DNA from: Phoronis australis
Lineage: Eukaryota > Animalia > Phoronida
Assembly (NCBI GenBank): GCA_002633005.1
Contig: NMRA01000134.1
Coordinates: 783,012-847,011, forward strand
DNA: 64,000 nucleotides
Direction of reading: 5' to 3'
The notes beneath the pieces were generated by a model, which saw only the letters and a list, made by a program, of their open reading frames with translations, was not told the DNA's origin and did not search any database. The position numbers and the translations under genes were made by a program. The number at the start of each line of letters is the position of its first letter. The first letter of the stretch is position 1. Positions 25,958 to 38,906 of this stretch are shown one piece after another.

Positions 25958-26995
25958 GTGTTTACGTAACCTCCTAAAACCTACTAGTAATTGCATAGCC
26001 AATTTGTTTACGTAACCGCCTAAAACCTAATAGCAATTGCATACCCAATTTGTTTGTTTGTTTGTTTGTGTGTGTGTGTGTGTGTGTTTGTGTGTGTTTC
26101 ACGTAGTGAGTTAGAACCAAAAAGTCAAAGGGATTTGAACTGTGAATTTCAATAAAATAAATAGCTGGTGTCAATTTTATGACACTTATACAGTGCCATG
26201 CACATTGTTACCTTGCTGTAGTTACTCTTCTTTCAGCTCCAGGCGGTACAAATTTTTTTCCAGAACATTTGACCCGGCGAGCGACTTTGTATAAAACATT
26301 CAAACAAAAAGTCCATTCGTGTTTTCAACGAAGTTTATGTTAACGAAGGGCTGCTACCGAACTACACTAACAACACTCGTAAAAATGTATTCAAATGTCT
26401 CTTGTTTAGGGTGACACACACCGCATGTATCAGGATCATTAATTTTCACTTTCACGATGGAAAATCTTACACTGCAATTTATGTAATGATCTAGTCACAG
26501 TACAAAGCTACACAGTAGATGTTTGCTCGTTTTTATTTGTCAGAAAAGCTCTGTCTGCAAATTTCGGATAGGAAAGTGGAGTAATTAGTTTATCACATTT
26601 TTGTAAATGTCACTGCCTCCTGAATCTAACTACCAAACGGCACCAAAGGTTCAATTGATAGATAAAAATGTAAAATTTTGGATGAATTCCTAACTAAATT
26701 CTTCACAGTAACTGTGAGGCATCCATATTCTGAAATTTTTTGTCTTGATAGGATAGAAATCTTTTGAATCGTTGGAGTTATTTCGCTTGTCGTTTAATTA
26801 GTCATTTATAAACATCTCTGGTTCGTTTCCATTTTAGTTACTAATTAATACATTCTCTTATTTTTCGCATTTTGGTAACACTCTTGATTTTTATACTTAA
26901 AATATTTTTTAAACCTGTTAGGTATGCGAAATTAGAATTACATGAACAGTTATTATGAATGAAATTATTTATTGTTTGCTTCTGGTATAATTGTA
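25958..26995 (+). repeat. Dispersed repeat copy 2 with (TTTG)n/(TG)n microsatellite and a duplicated ~45-bp unit
   Basis: Homologous to 19185-20090; gtttacgtaacc..ctaaaaccta.tag.aattgcata occurs twice at 25960-26050. Confidence 0.7.
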
Positions 26996-28668
26996 CACGT
27001 GTGACAATAGTAACCTCTGAATTCACTCTATGGTAACAGGTCATATAATAGATTATGCTAATCCTACAATTCTTCACAAATGATGTAAATAGATTCAGTT
27101 GAATGGCAACCTAGAGTCGCTTGAGCTCATCCTTTGGGGATAACTTTGACCTTTGCATGTGACTGCTTGACAAGTGAGTTTTGATTCAGTTGATTTTGTT
27201 ACTTGTGACACTGTTGTTGGGGTTTGGTGAACTCCTTGAGAATGATGAATTGAATTTCGTCGAAACGTTGGACTCGTGCTTACATGTACTAATACAGAAT
27301 GTTAATAATACCTGTGCTGGGGTTACGTTTAACAAGTTCATCAATAACCTGAATTTTCGGGTTTTGCTATTTGAACGTATATTGTTATGTACCGCGACTA
27401 ATAAACAGAAGTGGAAAACGTAAACTAGGCAGAGAATAAATAGATTGAGCTCATTGATTGCCTTTAATAAATTTTCCTTTTACTTTGTACTATCGGTAAT
27501 GTAATTGCTTCCATAGCAACTGCTCCGGCAGAATCACGAATGTTGGTGATTTTCTGCAGAAGTGCTGATTCAGTGGACCACACTAACATTATTTTATATC
27601 ACGTCGGTTAAAATCAAATAATATCCTGACAACTAGAAAGAGGACGTCGATCAACACGTTATATATTTAACTTCCAAGCCAAAGTAATAGTAAACACAAT
27701 GAGCAAGTTCCTGATAACTTTTCAAAAGCATTTACATAACTTGATGCGAAGTTGGCCAGATGGTATTTAAGCTATATTGGTTCCAAGCAAAAATACCAAA
27801 GCGCATGTTTGTCGTTCCTAATATTGACATGTGCGAATAGCACAACTTCAGAAATGAATACTTCTGTATCAAACATTCCCCTTGGTTATTAACGAGTATC
27901 CTTAGCAACTATTTAGTATCAAGGGACTGCCGCGATATCTATTACGACGATGCTGTGACGTTGCCACGGTTTTTAGCATTAATTGCCGTAATTATCGCAC
28001 GGTGTCGCTCGCTTTTATGACAACGGTGATTCAGGTGCTTGCCATTGAGTACAGTAAATACAGTGCTATCAATAGCTAATGCCGTCAAAAGTTGGACATT
28101 GCTTGATGAGACTGTAATGTTTTTCTATTGTGCAGTATGCTGGGAAATCACTGACTAGTGACTTGTATGAAACTGCCGGAACCTAAGACGTGAAGATCAC
28201 TGAGGTAGGTATCATTTCCGATTTAATGATTACAGAAATGATAAAGCCACCACTGGCATGATCGATAAGCTGAATTGTTCTATGTAGGTAAGCCGACTTC
28301 ATTACATGTAGGCAATGTATTGTACGCTGTCAAATAAAAAAATATTCATAACTGAAATTGTACAGTTAAGTCAATGCACAGTTGACTTGTAACAGAACTA
28401 GTCAATCGAAAGTGTGTTGTTATAGTTATCAGGTTCGCTTTGCGTATGAACACTACTACTTGTAAAGTAACCAGGACAACCAATTGCAGATGTCGATAGA
28501 GCCGCGTTCCCCCATCAGTCTTCTTTTACATCGTGTTATTTTAGTTAATTATCATTGTGTAATTGTGCTTTGTTGTTTTTTGTTTTTATCTTTACGTTAT
28601 GTTTTTCGATCATCAGAAATACTAGATTTGACGTGCGACACGCGGAAGAATGTCTTATGTGATAGAAT

Positions 28669-31600
28669 TGACCTATCGCAAGCTCCGCACCCTTGCGAAA
28701 AGTCACGTGACACCCGACAAACAAACAAGATGTCAGAGGCAAATACACTGTCGCTAAACGACGTTCCTGGTGGAATCGATGAGTGTTTTTTGCACTATCC
28801 GAAAACGCTTCGACAAAGACAATAGGCGGTGCTTTTCAGCAAAGAATCCTACTTTATGATGTGGGAATTTGCAAAAGTGACGATGAAAAAATAAGTGTTC
28901 GAGGAAAAGTATTTCGGAGCCAGCGGAAATCCGAAGAACCCCACACGGGGTTCACCTTCCCCTGACAAATAGCAAGGCCACTGACGCGATATAGACCCAA
29001 TTCACGCGGCGGACATTAAAATCCAAAGCGAGGCTCACTGCGATAAACAAAGCGGAAATTTAAATTGCGTGAGTTAAATGGCCGGTCTTTGGAGTCCAAC
29101 CTGAATATTAAATCTTAAAAAAATGTGTCAATAATTAACCACAGAGACGTAGAAAAAATACAGTTAAAGAACAAGTCAGTGCACCAAAGAGTTGTCTGAC
29201 GAAAGGATACAAGTTTTTTTTTCCGGAAAACTAGGTTCGAAACATGAAAAGTAAACATGACCAAATTGCGGCGATCGTAGTGCTATGGATTCGGTATCAT
29301 GCCGAATGCAGGGTTACGTTTCTTCTAATAAATTCTTGATAAAAATGCTTTCTACACGAACCAGGTCATCTGGTCGTATTGTTGACGAGTTGAAGATATA
29401 TTCGACAGTGCAATTAGTCTCATCTGGTTTAATTTGTTGATCAAGAGTAGGCCTATTAGCTTCAAGCATAGCCTAGGTCCTGGTGAGGTAGGCACTACCG
29501 GGACTAACAGTTGATTTGTCATTGATCTGAAATAATACTTGATGTTATTAAATATATATTTTGATCACGATAAAAAACNTCCCCCAGATTCCATTTGGCA
29601 GTTCAGGAGCGCGAATTTCTGACGGGCAAAATCCTGGCTAATACTCTGCCTTGCCCCCCAACTCAAAGTATTGGATCCCCCTGGAACAAGCACTGTTATC
29701 ATGTTTCTTCAGAGGCCTCGTTCATATCCGATTGGAAAGCTGCCTGTGCGGCCTTCTGAGAGGGGAACGTTTCACTGAGTGACGGGTCAGTGAAAACTCT
29801 ACTGACCTCCCGATCACCATCAATAGCACGCCGCCCTGTTGCAAGCTCTCATAGCTCTGTCTCAAGTAGCATTTTCAGTGGCTTATCTAGGATACCATAT
29901 AGGCCTAGTGAAGGGGGGGGGGGCACATCCTCGGAGAAGCGAGCAATGCGCGATTGTATGCACGCAGGCGGCCCCGAAGTTGCGGGTGCCGAGGATGTAT
30001 ACCTTCTGCTCAGGAAATCTGTCGTTGGACTAAAAAAATAAACGGAACGTGTTTTCCCCCCTCGTCCGCTACCGGTCCTAGCTCGAACTCAGTATTTCCT
30101 TATTTTGCTTGCGGCAGTCAAGGGGGGTGGGGGGGCCGGGACCCAGTCCCCCCTAAATCCGCCTATGATTTTGTACTTTTTCAAACTGTCACCTCTGTGG
30201 TCACAGGTGATTTGAACCGTTGGAGAGAAGTTTTCAATCACAAAGGGAATTTTTAGCCCACGGGGTAGGGGATTTCGCTTGATTTTTCAATATTTTTGAG
30301 AGGGGAATAGGGCCAATATTTGCCCCCAAAATTGAGGGATTGAGGGCCCTGCGCTTCAACCCATAGTCATGAAAACAAAGTCTGGCTGGCCGAAGAGTCT
30401 CCGGGACTCGTTGCTATGGCGGCATCCAGTCCGATCGGAGATGCGACAAATTATGATTCGAAAACAGTTATAAATTTTACACGGACATACTTTCCTTCGT
30501 CGCGGCGTATGGCAAGGACCCAACGCTTCCAAATCCCAACGTTCTTAGGGATTGTAAAACAGAGTGCCCGTATTTCTTCTAGCTGTTCGAGCAACGCGGA
30601 GTACAACTACTAAGCCACCAGAGCTATCGTAGCGAGCCTCGTTTTGGAACGCGCCTCCTGTCGGCGTGAATAGGGTCTATGGTTACAAAAAATGACAAGT
30701 CTGCTGTAGTGGCAAAAATTTCTATTTACAAAAATGACTCAAATTCCTTTTTTATATCTTCATAAATCTAAATATCATGTTTTAGCAACTTCAAATGAGC
30801 TCTCTGTAACTCTACAGGCGAAGTGTATACTAGAGGTTCTCATCAAAAAGTAATTCAACTGTTTATTTTTCGTGATAACAGCTCGAACAAGGCTTTGAGT
30901 TCAGTAATCCAATGCCCTTCCCTGTGTCGATCGAATCTCTCAATTTTGGAAAAAAGTTCAGTTGAACGGCAGCTTACGGGTATATGAATGGCAGAAATGT
31001 ACCTCTGCTACAAAAAAAAAACGATGTCTATAGGTCGAAATAACCGAAAAATAATAAAAATATGAAAACAATTTCCCGGAACCATCGCTAAGCTATAGTG
31101 TTGACATCCAGCAGGTGCCGAGACAAATGCGGCCAGACGAGTGAAACTCCGGAGTCAAAATCAGATGAGCCTACACTATAGCCACCAAACTGAAAAGTCC
31201 GTATCTTGGAACAAATATATTTGTGTTTAACCTTCGAGTAATCAAGCAACATTGCCAAGTTCAGTTGCTCGTGTACGTGGCCGTTCGCACAATTTGATAC
31301 ATACCTATCGATATCACTCTTTGGCTTAGGAGATCCCCAAAAATGACGGGATATTCTTCTCGAGCTGCATAACGACTGTCAGAATTACACACGCCATATC
31401 AACACCGTATCACCATTCTTGTCACGCAATTTCTTGAGCTATAGACTAAAATAAGTTTTACACGACGACGTATCGTTTGTCGGGTAAAATGGCGGCTTGG
31501 AAACGCAGACTAAGGTGTGTCAAGAATGCTGCGTTCTGATTGGTCAGTTAAAGCCTAACTTCAACGGGATTTTGTTACTTTAGATGTATTAGGCCAACCA

Positions 31601-32080
31601 GATAGTCCTAGCAAAACCCTAGTAAAATAAGAAAACGCGAGTTTAATCACGCAAGTGTAAGCCCGTCAAATGAAGCTGCCTTTTCGTGCCATGTCAGTGC
31701 GTCACCGCGACAACAAAAGGTTGTATTGAATAGGGATTTGAATAGAACACCATTGCGTGCGGGTGTTATTCGCAGCTGTTTGAATTAAAAGGTGATTCTC
31801 GCGGTGGTGTAGACAAAAGCCAACCAATACGCCAAACAATTCGTTACATTTGGAAATTCATGGCACTCGTGGGCTCACAGCGATGCTTGTGTGGGAACCA
31901 TTACGTACCGTTGAAGATAGACTTTAATTCGCCGTCAATCGTAATCCTGGCGTGCGTTCAATAACGCTAGGACCTAAATAGCAGCTAGATGAAATCTAGC
32001 CAAAGCCACGTGATTTCATTTAGAATACACGGCAATATCTCACGTCCTAGCGTACTGAACGGGAGGCTGGCGATAGGTCA
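28669..32080. mobile_element. AT-flanked MITE (TIR TGACCTATCGC), expanded by nested insertions
   Basis: AT|TGACCTATCGCA at 28667 and GCGATAGGTCA|AT at 32070-32082. Internal block tttgtcgggtaaaatggcggcttggaaacg...tggtcagttaa (31476-31550) is shared with the adjacent compact copy. Confidence 0.55.
28993..30678. mobile_element. AT-flanked non-autonomous DNA transposon (ISL2EU-like ends), nested
   Basis: AT|AGACCCAATTCACGC...ccaaagcgaggctcactgcgata versus right reverse complement AT|AGACCCTATTCACGC...ccaaaacgaggctcgctacgata (~55-bp imperfect TIR). Confidence 0.7.
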
Positions 32081-32082
32081 AT

Positions 32083-32256
32083 TGACCTATCGCAATCTCC
32101 GCCCCCCTTGCGTAATGTCGACTAACAAACAATAAGCTTTACCCGGCAACATGTTGTTTGTCGGGTAAAATGGCGGCTTGGAAACGAAGGTGTGTCAAGA
32201 ATGATGAGTTCTAAATGGTCAGTTAAGCCGTCATTCAAAATCCTGGCGATATGTCA
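32083..32256. mobile_element. Compact 174-bp MITE of the TGACCTATCGC family
   Basis: AT|TGACCTATCGC...GCGATATGTCA|AT; shares its left AT with the previous element. Confidence 0.65.
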
Positions 32257-33500
32257 ATTCTAGGAATGGCTGAGTTTGTTGCGGTTAGTTGTTTGCATTT
32301 GTCATTTTGTTCTGGTGTTTGTGTGGAATACGCGAGTCCGCGGTCTCAAACTGAGAAAGTGTAGCGCGTGTGGAAGAACTAGGCAGAATAAACAAGCCGA
32401 TTTTTACATTGCGGGCTCTATGGGAACTCGACAATAAAATCCAGATTTCTCTTTAAATAACCTGTGAATGGCCAAAGCAGCACACTTATCATGCTATCGC
32501 CATGTGAAAAAATGCTGGGTTGTTTGGACATAGAATCGTTTAGGTTATCTGTGTGTTAGCTTTTATCTCTCAGATCTCGGGGTCTCTGGGCAGCCGGTGC
32601 CGGGCTGGAGACATTTGCGATTGTAATGGTATTATGCTTTTACTTTGTATTGAGGTCTAATTAACAGTATCAAAACTGACCTGGGTAGACTTCGTGAAAA
32701 CGTGGCTGACAACTGTGTAAATTACCTGATTTCTACCGACGACATCTACACTTTAAAAGGCGCTACGAAACTGAGAATAAGAGGTTTCCATTGGAAGAAA
32801 AACAAGTTTGTGACAATACTGAATATGTTGGCAAAAGCTGACAAAACGATTCGATGTACTTTTAAAGTTCATTCCCACACCACATGCTTTCGACCCACGA
32901 CCAAATCAAAGCATGTACAGAGATGCCAGCACACTGGTAGGTCTAACGCCGATGTTCGTGGGCCAGTGTAACTCCCCCCAGTGAAAAAATAAGGTGGGCC
33001 AGATTTGATGGCAATTCTGTGGAGTAAATGGTAAGCGAATGACACGAATTAGTAGGTATTTGAAGTTGTTTTGAGTAACAGAAGCCCAGAAATTTGGTCC
33101 CTGCTTTGTTCTATCCGAATCCGGAAGTTCAGCCATTTTCACAGCACTTCTCTGTTTAGCGCGAAATGTATGCTGTAAATACAAAACCCTTCAGGTAGAA
33201 TAGAGAATGGAAAATCTAGTTGGTAATGACGCACCTATATTGCAAGAGCATCTGGGGCCTGGGCAAAATAGCATTTTTTGGCATTCTTTGGTATCTGGTG
33301 GACATAGCACGGTAAGAGGGCGTGACATTCTTGAAATCTTTTTCTCCTTGAGAAACTCCATCGAGTGGGCTTTCTGCAAGCTGTGCATTCTTTCAGCTGC
33401 CATGAAACAGAGAGAAAAGAATGGCTTTCGTTGAACCAGACTAGCGATTGGGTCGAGATCAGCCACTTGAACTGTGGTCTTGGCCTTACACAAAGTCCAA

Positions 33501-33541
33501 GGTTTCGTCCACGGTTTCGTCCACGGTTTCGTCCACGGTTT
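33501..33541. repeat. 12-bp tandem repeat ggtttcgtccac (~3.5 copies)
   Basis: Direct reading. Confidence 0.85.
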
Positions 33542-34136
33542 ATTGAATATGCTGTGCTCATGTCCAAATTTACCCCCGTATCTCTTTCTGTTACTTTTAG
33601 ATCTTAAACGCCTAAACAGAATATCCAGGAGACAGATTTCTATAGAATTTTGAATTTGTTTGCTACGTTAATAATTATTCTAGCCTCCACTGACTTATGT
33701 TGCTATTGTATTTTGCACTCTGTAGTATGCTCCTTGTATTTATTTGTTATCGTATGTGGTACAATTGGTCACCTTGCTCCCATTGTGTTTCTTGACTTCA
33801 GTGTAACTATCATTATATATTATTTCCTGAAGATGGAAGATGCATTCCGAAGTATTAGCAGTTTTATTGATTTCTGCGTCGTTTTCATCGCTCACACTAA
33901 ACATTGGACAGTTCTTGCATTGGAATAAACCGAGTCCCAGATCACTATCTGCGTGCGTAAGAAAGGGCACTAGTAAAATATAGACGTTTCAACTGCAAAG
34001 CCTTGTTCAGTCAAACGTGTAATTAAATAGAAGAGACAAACCGATCCACGTGAGTTTCCCCATGCAAGTGGATGGGAGAGATGTTTTTATAAACCTTCGA
34101 AGGATATCGACTAAATTTTCAAAAGGTTGCTATTAA

Positions 34137-36408
34137 AGGAGAATGTCACCCGATTTAATTAGCTTTTTTGCAGTCTTAATCGGTCTATATCCACATTGCC
34201 TCTTATACGGTCGACCTCACCTTGCCGAGAGATGTCGCGTTAACTTGTGAGGAAGGTGAGAAACGACGCAGCGACGTCAGTGGTTCACCTGCAGAGTGAA
34301 TGCCACTATATTGCGGTGCATCGTACTCGCTTGTCCGAACTATGAAGCTACGAAGAAAGCGGGTATATCGTTTTTTCGACTTCCTCTAGAGCTCGAAATG
34401 CTTAGGAAGTGGCTCGCGGTAGTGAAGAATGAAAAGTACGCTGTTAATAACCAATATGAGGCTTGAAACTTCTCCGGGTCTGTGGCCGGCATTTCGTTGA
34501 CAGTGATTTCTCTGACGAATTCAGGTTTACCAAAGAACTATCCATACGTTCCGTTGTCTGTACATGTTCACGGCGCATCTCTAGTATTTTTTGATCGGTG
34601 TATTCCGGTTCGAACTGGTAGCCTGTGAAACCTAACGATCCGACCCGTGATGCCTTCGTCAGATGAGCTCTCGACTATAAGTCGGGATTGGCGCCGGGAG
34701 AGTTACCATGTAGACGTTTATTATTCTGCGTTCTATTTCAAAATGAATTATTCTCACCCTAACCAATGCTTATATAAAAGTGAAACAAAGTCTGTCTCAT
34801 TAGATACAATTTGTAATGCCTTTGAAATATTCGTGAGTGCAAATGTTTTGAGAAGCTAGCAATGAATAAATCACTGCGTTCAGTACCGGCTTTAGGTGCA
34901 ATAAAACTAATTGACCGGGCACCGAAGCCGCCGTGTGAGCGCATGCTAATTCAGTGTTTGCTGACAGAGAAAACTGTTGTGAAACAATAACTCGATTTTA
35001 CAAGCTATGGTCACGTGTTAGGAGAATCTTTATTTAGATACACAAATACATTATTCAAATCATTGTTACTGTACAACCGTTGCCCTGACGGTTCTATAGA
35101 AGGGGAACCGGACTTCGCGGCCCCCGACAAGTAAGTAGTTTCCAGTTTCGTGGCTAATTCACCTANTGTTCACGGCGCATCTCTAGTATTTTTTGATCGG
35201 TGTATTCCGGTTCGAACTGATAGCCTGTGAAACCTAACGATCCGACCCGTGATGCCTTCGTCGGATGAGCTCTCGACTATAAGTCGGGATTGGCGCCGGG
35301 AGAGTTACCATGTAGACGTTTATTATTCTGCGTTCTATTTCAAAATGAATTATTCTCACCCTAACCAATGCTTATATAAAAGTGAAACAAAGTCTGTCTC
35401 ATTAGATACAATTTGTAATGCCTTTGAAATATTCGTGAGTGCAAATGTTTTGAGAAGCTAGCAATGAATAAACCACTGCGTTACCGGCTTTAGATGCAAT
35501 AAAAGTAATTGACCGGGCACCGAAGCCGTGTGAGCGCATGCTAATTCATTGTTTGCTGACAGAGAAAACTGTTGTGAAACAATAACTCGATTTCACAAGC
35601 TATGGTCACGTGTTAGGAGAATCTTTATTTAGATACACAAATACATTATTCAAATCATTGTTACTGTACAACTGTTGCCCTGACGGTTCTATAGAAGGGG
35701 AACCTGACTTCGCGGCCCCCGACAAGTAAGTAGTTTCCAGTTTCGTGGCCAATTCACCTAAATAATTACGTGCACATTATTTCTTTGGCTCACTATTATA
35801 GTCTTTTCGTGACTGGAGGTTTAGTTTACAACTTAAGCTGGTTTGTGTTTGTGATGTCCAGTCCCGGCGGCGCGACGGGCCTAGTGATCGGGTTCCGAGC
35901 CACTGGCGGGGAGTAACAAGTGTTTTGTGTGTTTGGAACTGAAAAAATCGCAAGTCTAAAAGTACAACACACAGCTATGTTTCCCCGTTTGTATTTCAAA
36001 GATGAATGATTCGAATTTATCACTAAACAGACCCAAACTCCCGCGATCGACCATGGTAAATTGGCCTACCGAACTCTATAGGCTACGGTACGTTCAAATA
36101 CCTATAAATCCGTAACAATGAAATAAAACAACACGGTAGTTCAAGAACTCGATGTATTTGTAAGGGGTTTACGTCGAATTTTGTTGATTTATTGGCGTAA
36201 AACGATGAATTCAAGCGATGAGTTGACACCAGTAAGCGTGTTGTGAGCAGCTGAACAGACTGCGTTCGAACCGATTACGTCATTGGTTAATTTCAACATC
36301 TCCGTCTGCCGTTAGGTGTCAGGTAAAACAACTGAACTTGCTGCATCGAGTGGAACTGCTCGATCTAAATTGATACAAAATAGGTTGTTTTTTGGGTGGC
36401 ATTCTCCT
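34137..36408 (+). mobile_element. Kolobok-type non-autonomous DNA transposon with a THAP remnant
   Basis: TTAA|AGGAGAATGTCACCC ... GGGTGGCATTCTCCT|TTAA. Internal + strand RCIVLACPNYEATKKAGISFFRLP...LRKWLAVV...RVCGRHFVDSDF (34313-34510, frameshifted THAP). Confidence 0.8.
34565..35760 (+). repeat. ~600-bp near-identical tandem duplication joined by a single N (probable haplotype/assembly artefact)
   Basis: 34565-35165 is nearly identical to 35167-35760 with a few SNPs and small indels; N at 35166. Confidence 0.85.
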
Positions 36409-37746
36409 TTAACATATTCCCAAAATATCCAGCATCGATTAGCTGATTTTTAAGTGTGAACAACATGTGCTTGATTTTGGAGCGCATTTAAAATGCTGAT
36501 GGTTTTTCTAATCCGATAGTTTGTAAGGAAAGCCACGTTTACACAGTGTCCAACCCAGAGTATTCATACTGATAATTAAAAAAAAATCAGAAGTGAACAG
36601 CCGAACGTCGCTCTGCCAACTAAAACGCCGTAAATAGCGTGTTTTAAATGATACACACAGGACCTGATGTCGGCGAGAATCGGCAATTTGCAAAAAAAAT
36701 CACATTTTCTGGTTTTATTAGCTCTGGCCACAACTTACAGTTGTAACAAGTCTATTCTACCCAACAATAATCCTGAGAAATTATGTTTCGACCGTAAACC
36801 CGATAGTGTCACTTGAAAGATACACCAAACTGGGCTTTACAAATAAAAATATGCTTAGCATAAATTTGATCACTTGAACCTGTGAGAAAAACAGTCATCT
36901 CCTCCCATCGTTTATTCAGAAAAGTTTGCAGTAATGTTGGTACAATTCTACTGACACTGAACAATTTTGTCGAGAAAGTTCTGGTTACAGCTTCGAAAAT
37001 GCGAACAAAACTGTTTCGTGGCTAGCAACAACAAAACCTCTCTGGTCAAAACCTGCCATTAGACGTTCACATCCGTTTGGTTTCAAAGCTTCAGTTGTTG
37101 AAATGCAGTAAATCAAACCTCTTGTACTTAGTGAGCCGCATACATGTCCAAACGTTTTGCTCTAACCATAACAATTTTTGTAAAGAACCATAACAAATCA
37201 TAGCACTGACGAAAACGAGTCAAAGTATTGTCAAGTGTCAAAATGCATTGCATGTACATAGTTACTTATTAGAAGCTCTTACATTTAGTAACTGTGAGTG
37301 TTGTTATACTCTTTAATTTGGCCCTGTCGAGCAAGGCTCATTATATGAGATTATTTCGACAAAAGAGATTGCCAGCAAAAGCCAAAGCGAAGGCTTGAAA
37401 AAAGTTTATTATCGACATCGGCAAAAATGCATAAATTATTAATTCCCGAAAGTACGTAGCATTTTGGAGCTACACCGTACAACTAAAGACACGACAAAAA
37501 TACGTATTTCACATATTGGTTGACATGTGTGGAGTCGTTTTAAACGTGCTTAACTGATGTCAGTCACATATTTGTACTACATTAGCTCAATGCGTCGTGA
37601 CGTTCCATTACATTCCCCAGATATATGTGAGCCTGTAAAATGCTGGTGGCCTGTCAGTTTGAACTCTTTTTTTCGTTCTATATTTCCAGTACCTTGTTCG
37701 CGCACTTGCCGGACATTTCTGACGCGGTCCGTGCAACACCAATAAC

Positions 37747-37815
37747 ATGGGCAACGGGTCATCATTCGAGGTCTCTCGTACCATCCACTTGAACATGGAC
37801 GGAAAACGTGAAAAG
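37747..37815 (+). CDS. PDE9A: PDE9-family cGMP phosphodiesterase, coding exon 1
   Basis: MGNGSSFEVSRTIHLNMDGKREK then GTAAAG donor; aligns with vertebrate PDE9A [23 protein letters not shown] as recalled. Confidence 0.85.
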
Positions 37816-38839
37816 GTAAAGCACCTGGACCTGCACAACAGCACATGACCACGTTGCAGGACAAATAACTCCAGGGCAGTGATGCAGAGGGAAAGGTTGT
37901 GCAGTGACCCTGCACTTCCGGTATTCAACCATTTGTTTTAGTTAGGAATTCAAATGAAAAATCAAGACATGTCCCATGAAGCCAGAAAACTGGAGGATAT
38001 GTCCGATTTTTACTAGAAACGTAAGCGCTTTCAAAGTGAATGCGGTTTGTCTGACGAAATTGATGGCAAAGAAGTTGACGACAATGAATTAGAAAGATTA
38101 CGGATGTCGTTGATGTGCGAAGTAGCTTAACTGACGTATGAAGAATCGCTGAAGCTAGGGCCTGAGCCTGCCTTGGCTGTGCGACCGGCTGTGCGACAAG
38201 TTGAGCAGTAAACATGAGCGAAAACTAGAAAAATGGTAAACGTCCGTTCAATGAACACTTTAGTTTCCATGTGCTGAGAAAAACGTTTTGATAAATTTGG
38301 AATAATAAGCGACAGCCATGTCAACGTAAAAGTCAATAGAGGAGCACCCGATCACTCACTGCCCATAATACACTGCTGTGACGTCAAACACACCAGAGAG
38401 TGACCTTTGCATCTTACCGTAGATTATAGACAACAGATTCGCAACTCCGGCATATTCTTACGAGCTGAGTTGAACTCTCCTGACCTATCTGCTGCAGTTT
38501 CCGGTCAGTGTAATTTGACGAGAAATACCTGCATCTACTTTACTGTCCAAAACAGCGAAAAAAACATTAATTTATATTAATTTCGGTATTGAAACGCTTT
38601 TCAAAGTCTTTCAATAGTAGAAGTGTTGGTATTGTGAGTACTTTTGGCAATGCCACTGGTAATTAATTTCAAAATTCAAACTTCGGTTCCGACCCTTTAT
38701 GTCTTCTGCTTGCCCAATAGCAGCATAGTTATCGGACAGTTTTTGATTTACGGTTCACATAGGCCTACTGAGAAAACTACGAAAGCGTGTTGATAAATCA
38801 ACATTCTCAAGTGAGCAGTTCTTCTGGGAAGTGTTGAGT

Positions 38840-38896
38840 GGCCCTTAAAAGGGCCGTAGGTTGTAGGTGTAGCGTGAAATGGTTCTTAAAAGAACC
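38840..38896 (-). promoter_or_regulatory. Two tandem histone-mRNA-type 3' stem-loops plus a purine-rich downstream element
   Basis: On the - strand: caac-GGTTCT-TTTA-AGAACC-attt (38896-38881) and ctac-GGCCCT-TTTA-AGGGCC-actca (38855-38840), then AGAAGAA at +15 (38825-38819). Both fit the 6-bp stem, 4-nt loop GGYYYT-TTTN-ARRRCC consensus. Confidence 0.85.
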
Positions 38897-38906
38897 GTTG
38901 AATAAT

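Noticed and set aside
28136-28204. Exon-like segment with good AG and GTAGGT
   Set aside because: Stops in all three frames and no similarity to PDE9; it could be a non-coding exon but is unsupported.
28826-28845. Histone-stem-loop-like GGTGCT-TTTC-AGCAAA
   Set aside because: Only 4 of 6 stem pairs form, with the GG/CC base missing, and there is no adjacent supported gene.
32266-33400. Possible MYND-finger fragments (LRKCSACGRT on +; KECTACRK...KECQK on -)
   Set aside because: Short, on opposite strands and needing several frameshifts; cannot be told from chance without an HMM search.
34647-35461. Two identical 70-aa ORFs suggesting a tandem gene duplication
   Set aside because: They lie in a 600-bp duplicate joined by a single N inside a transposon, most likely two haplotypes assembled in tandem.
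37590-37630. CRE half-site and TATA-like motif upstream of the PDE9 ATG
   Set aside because: Short motifs that occur many times in the window, and the transcription start is unknown.
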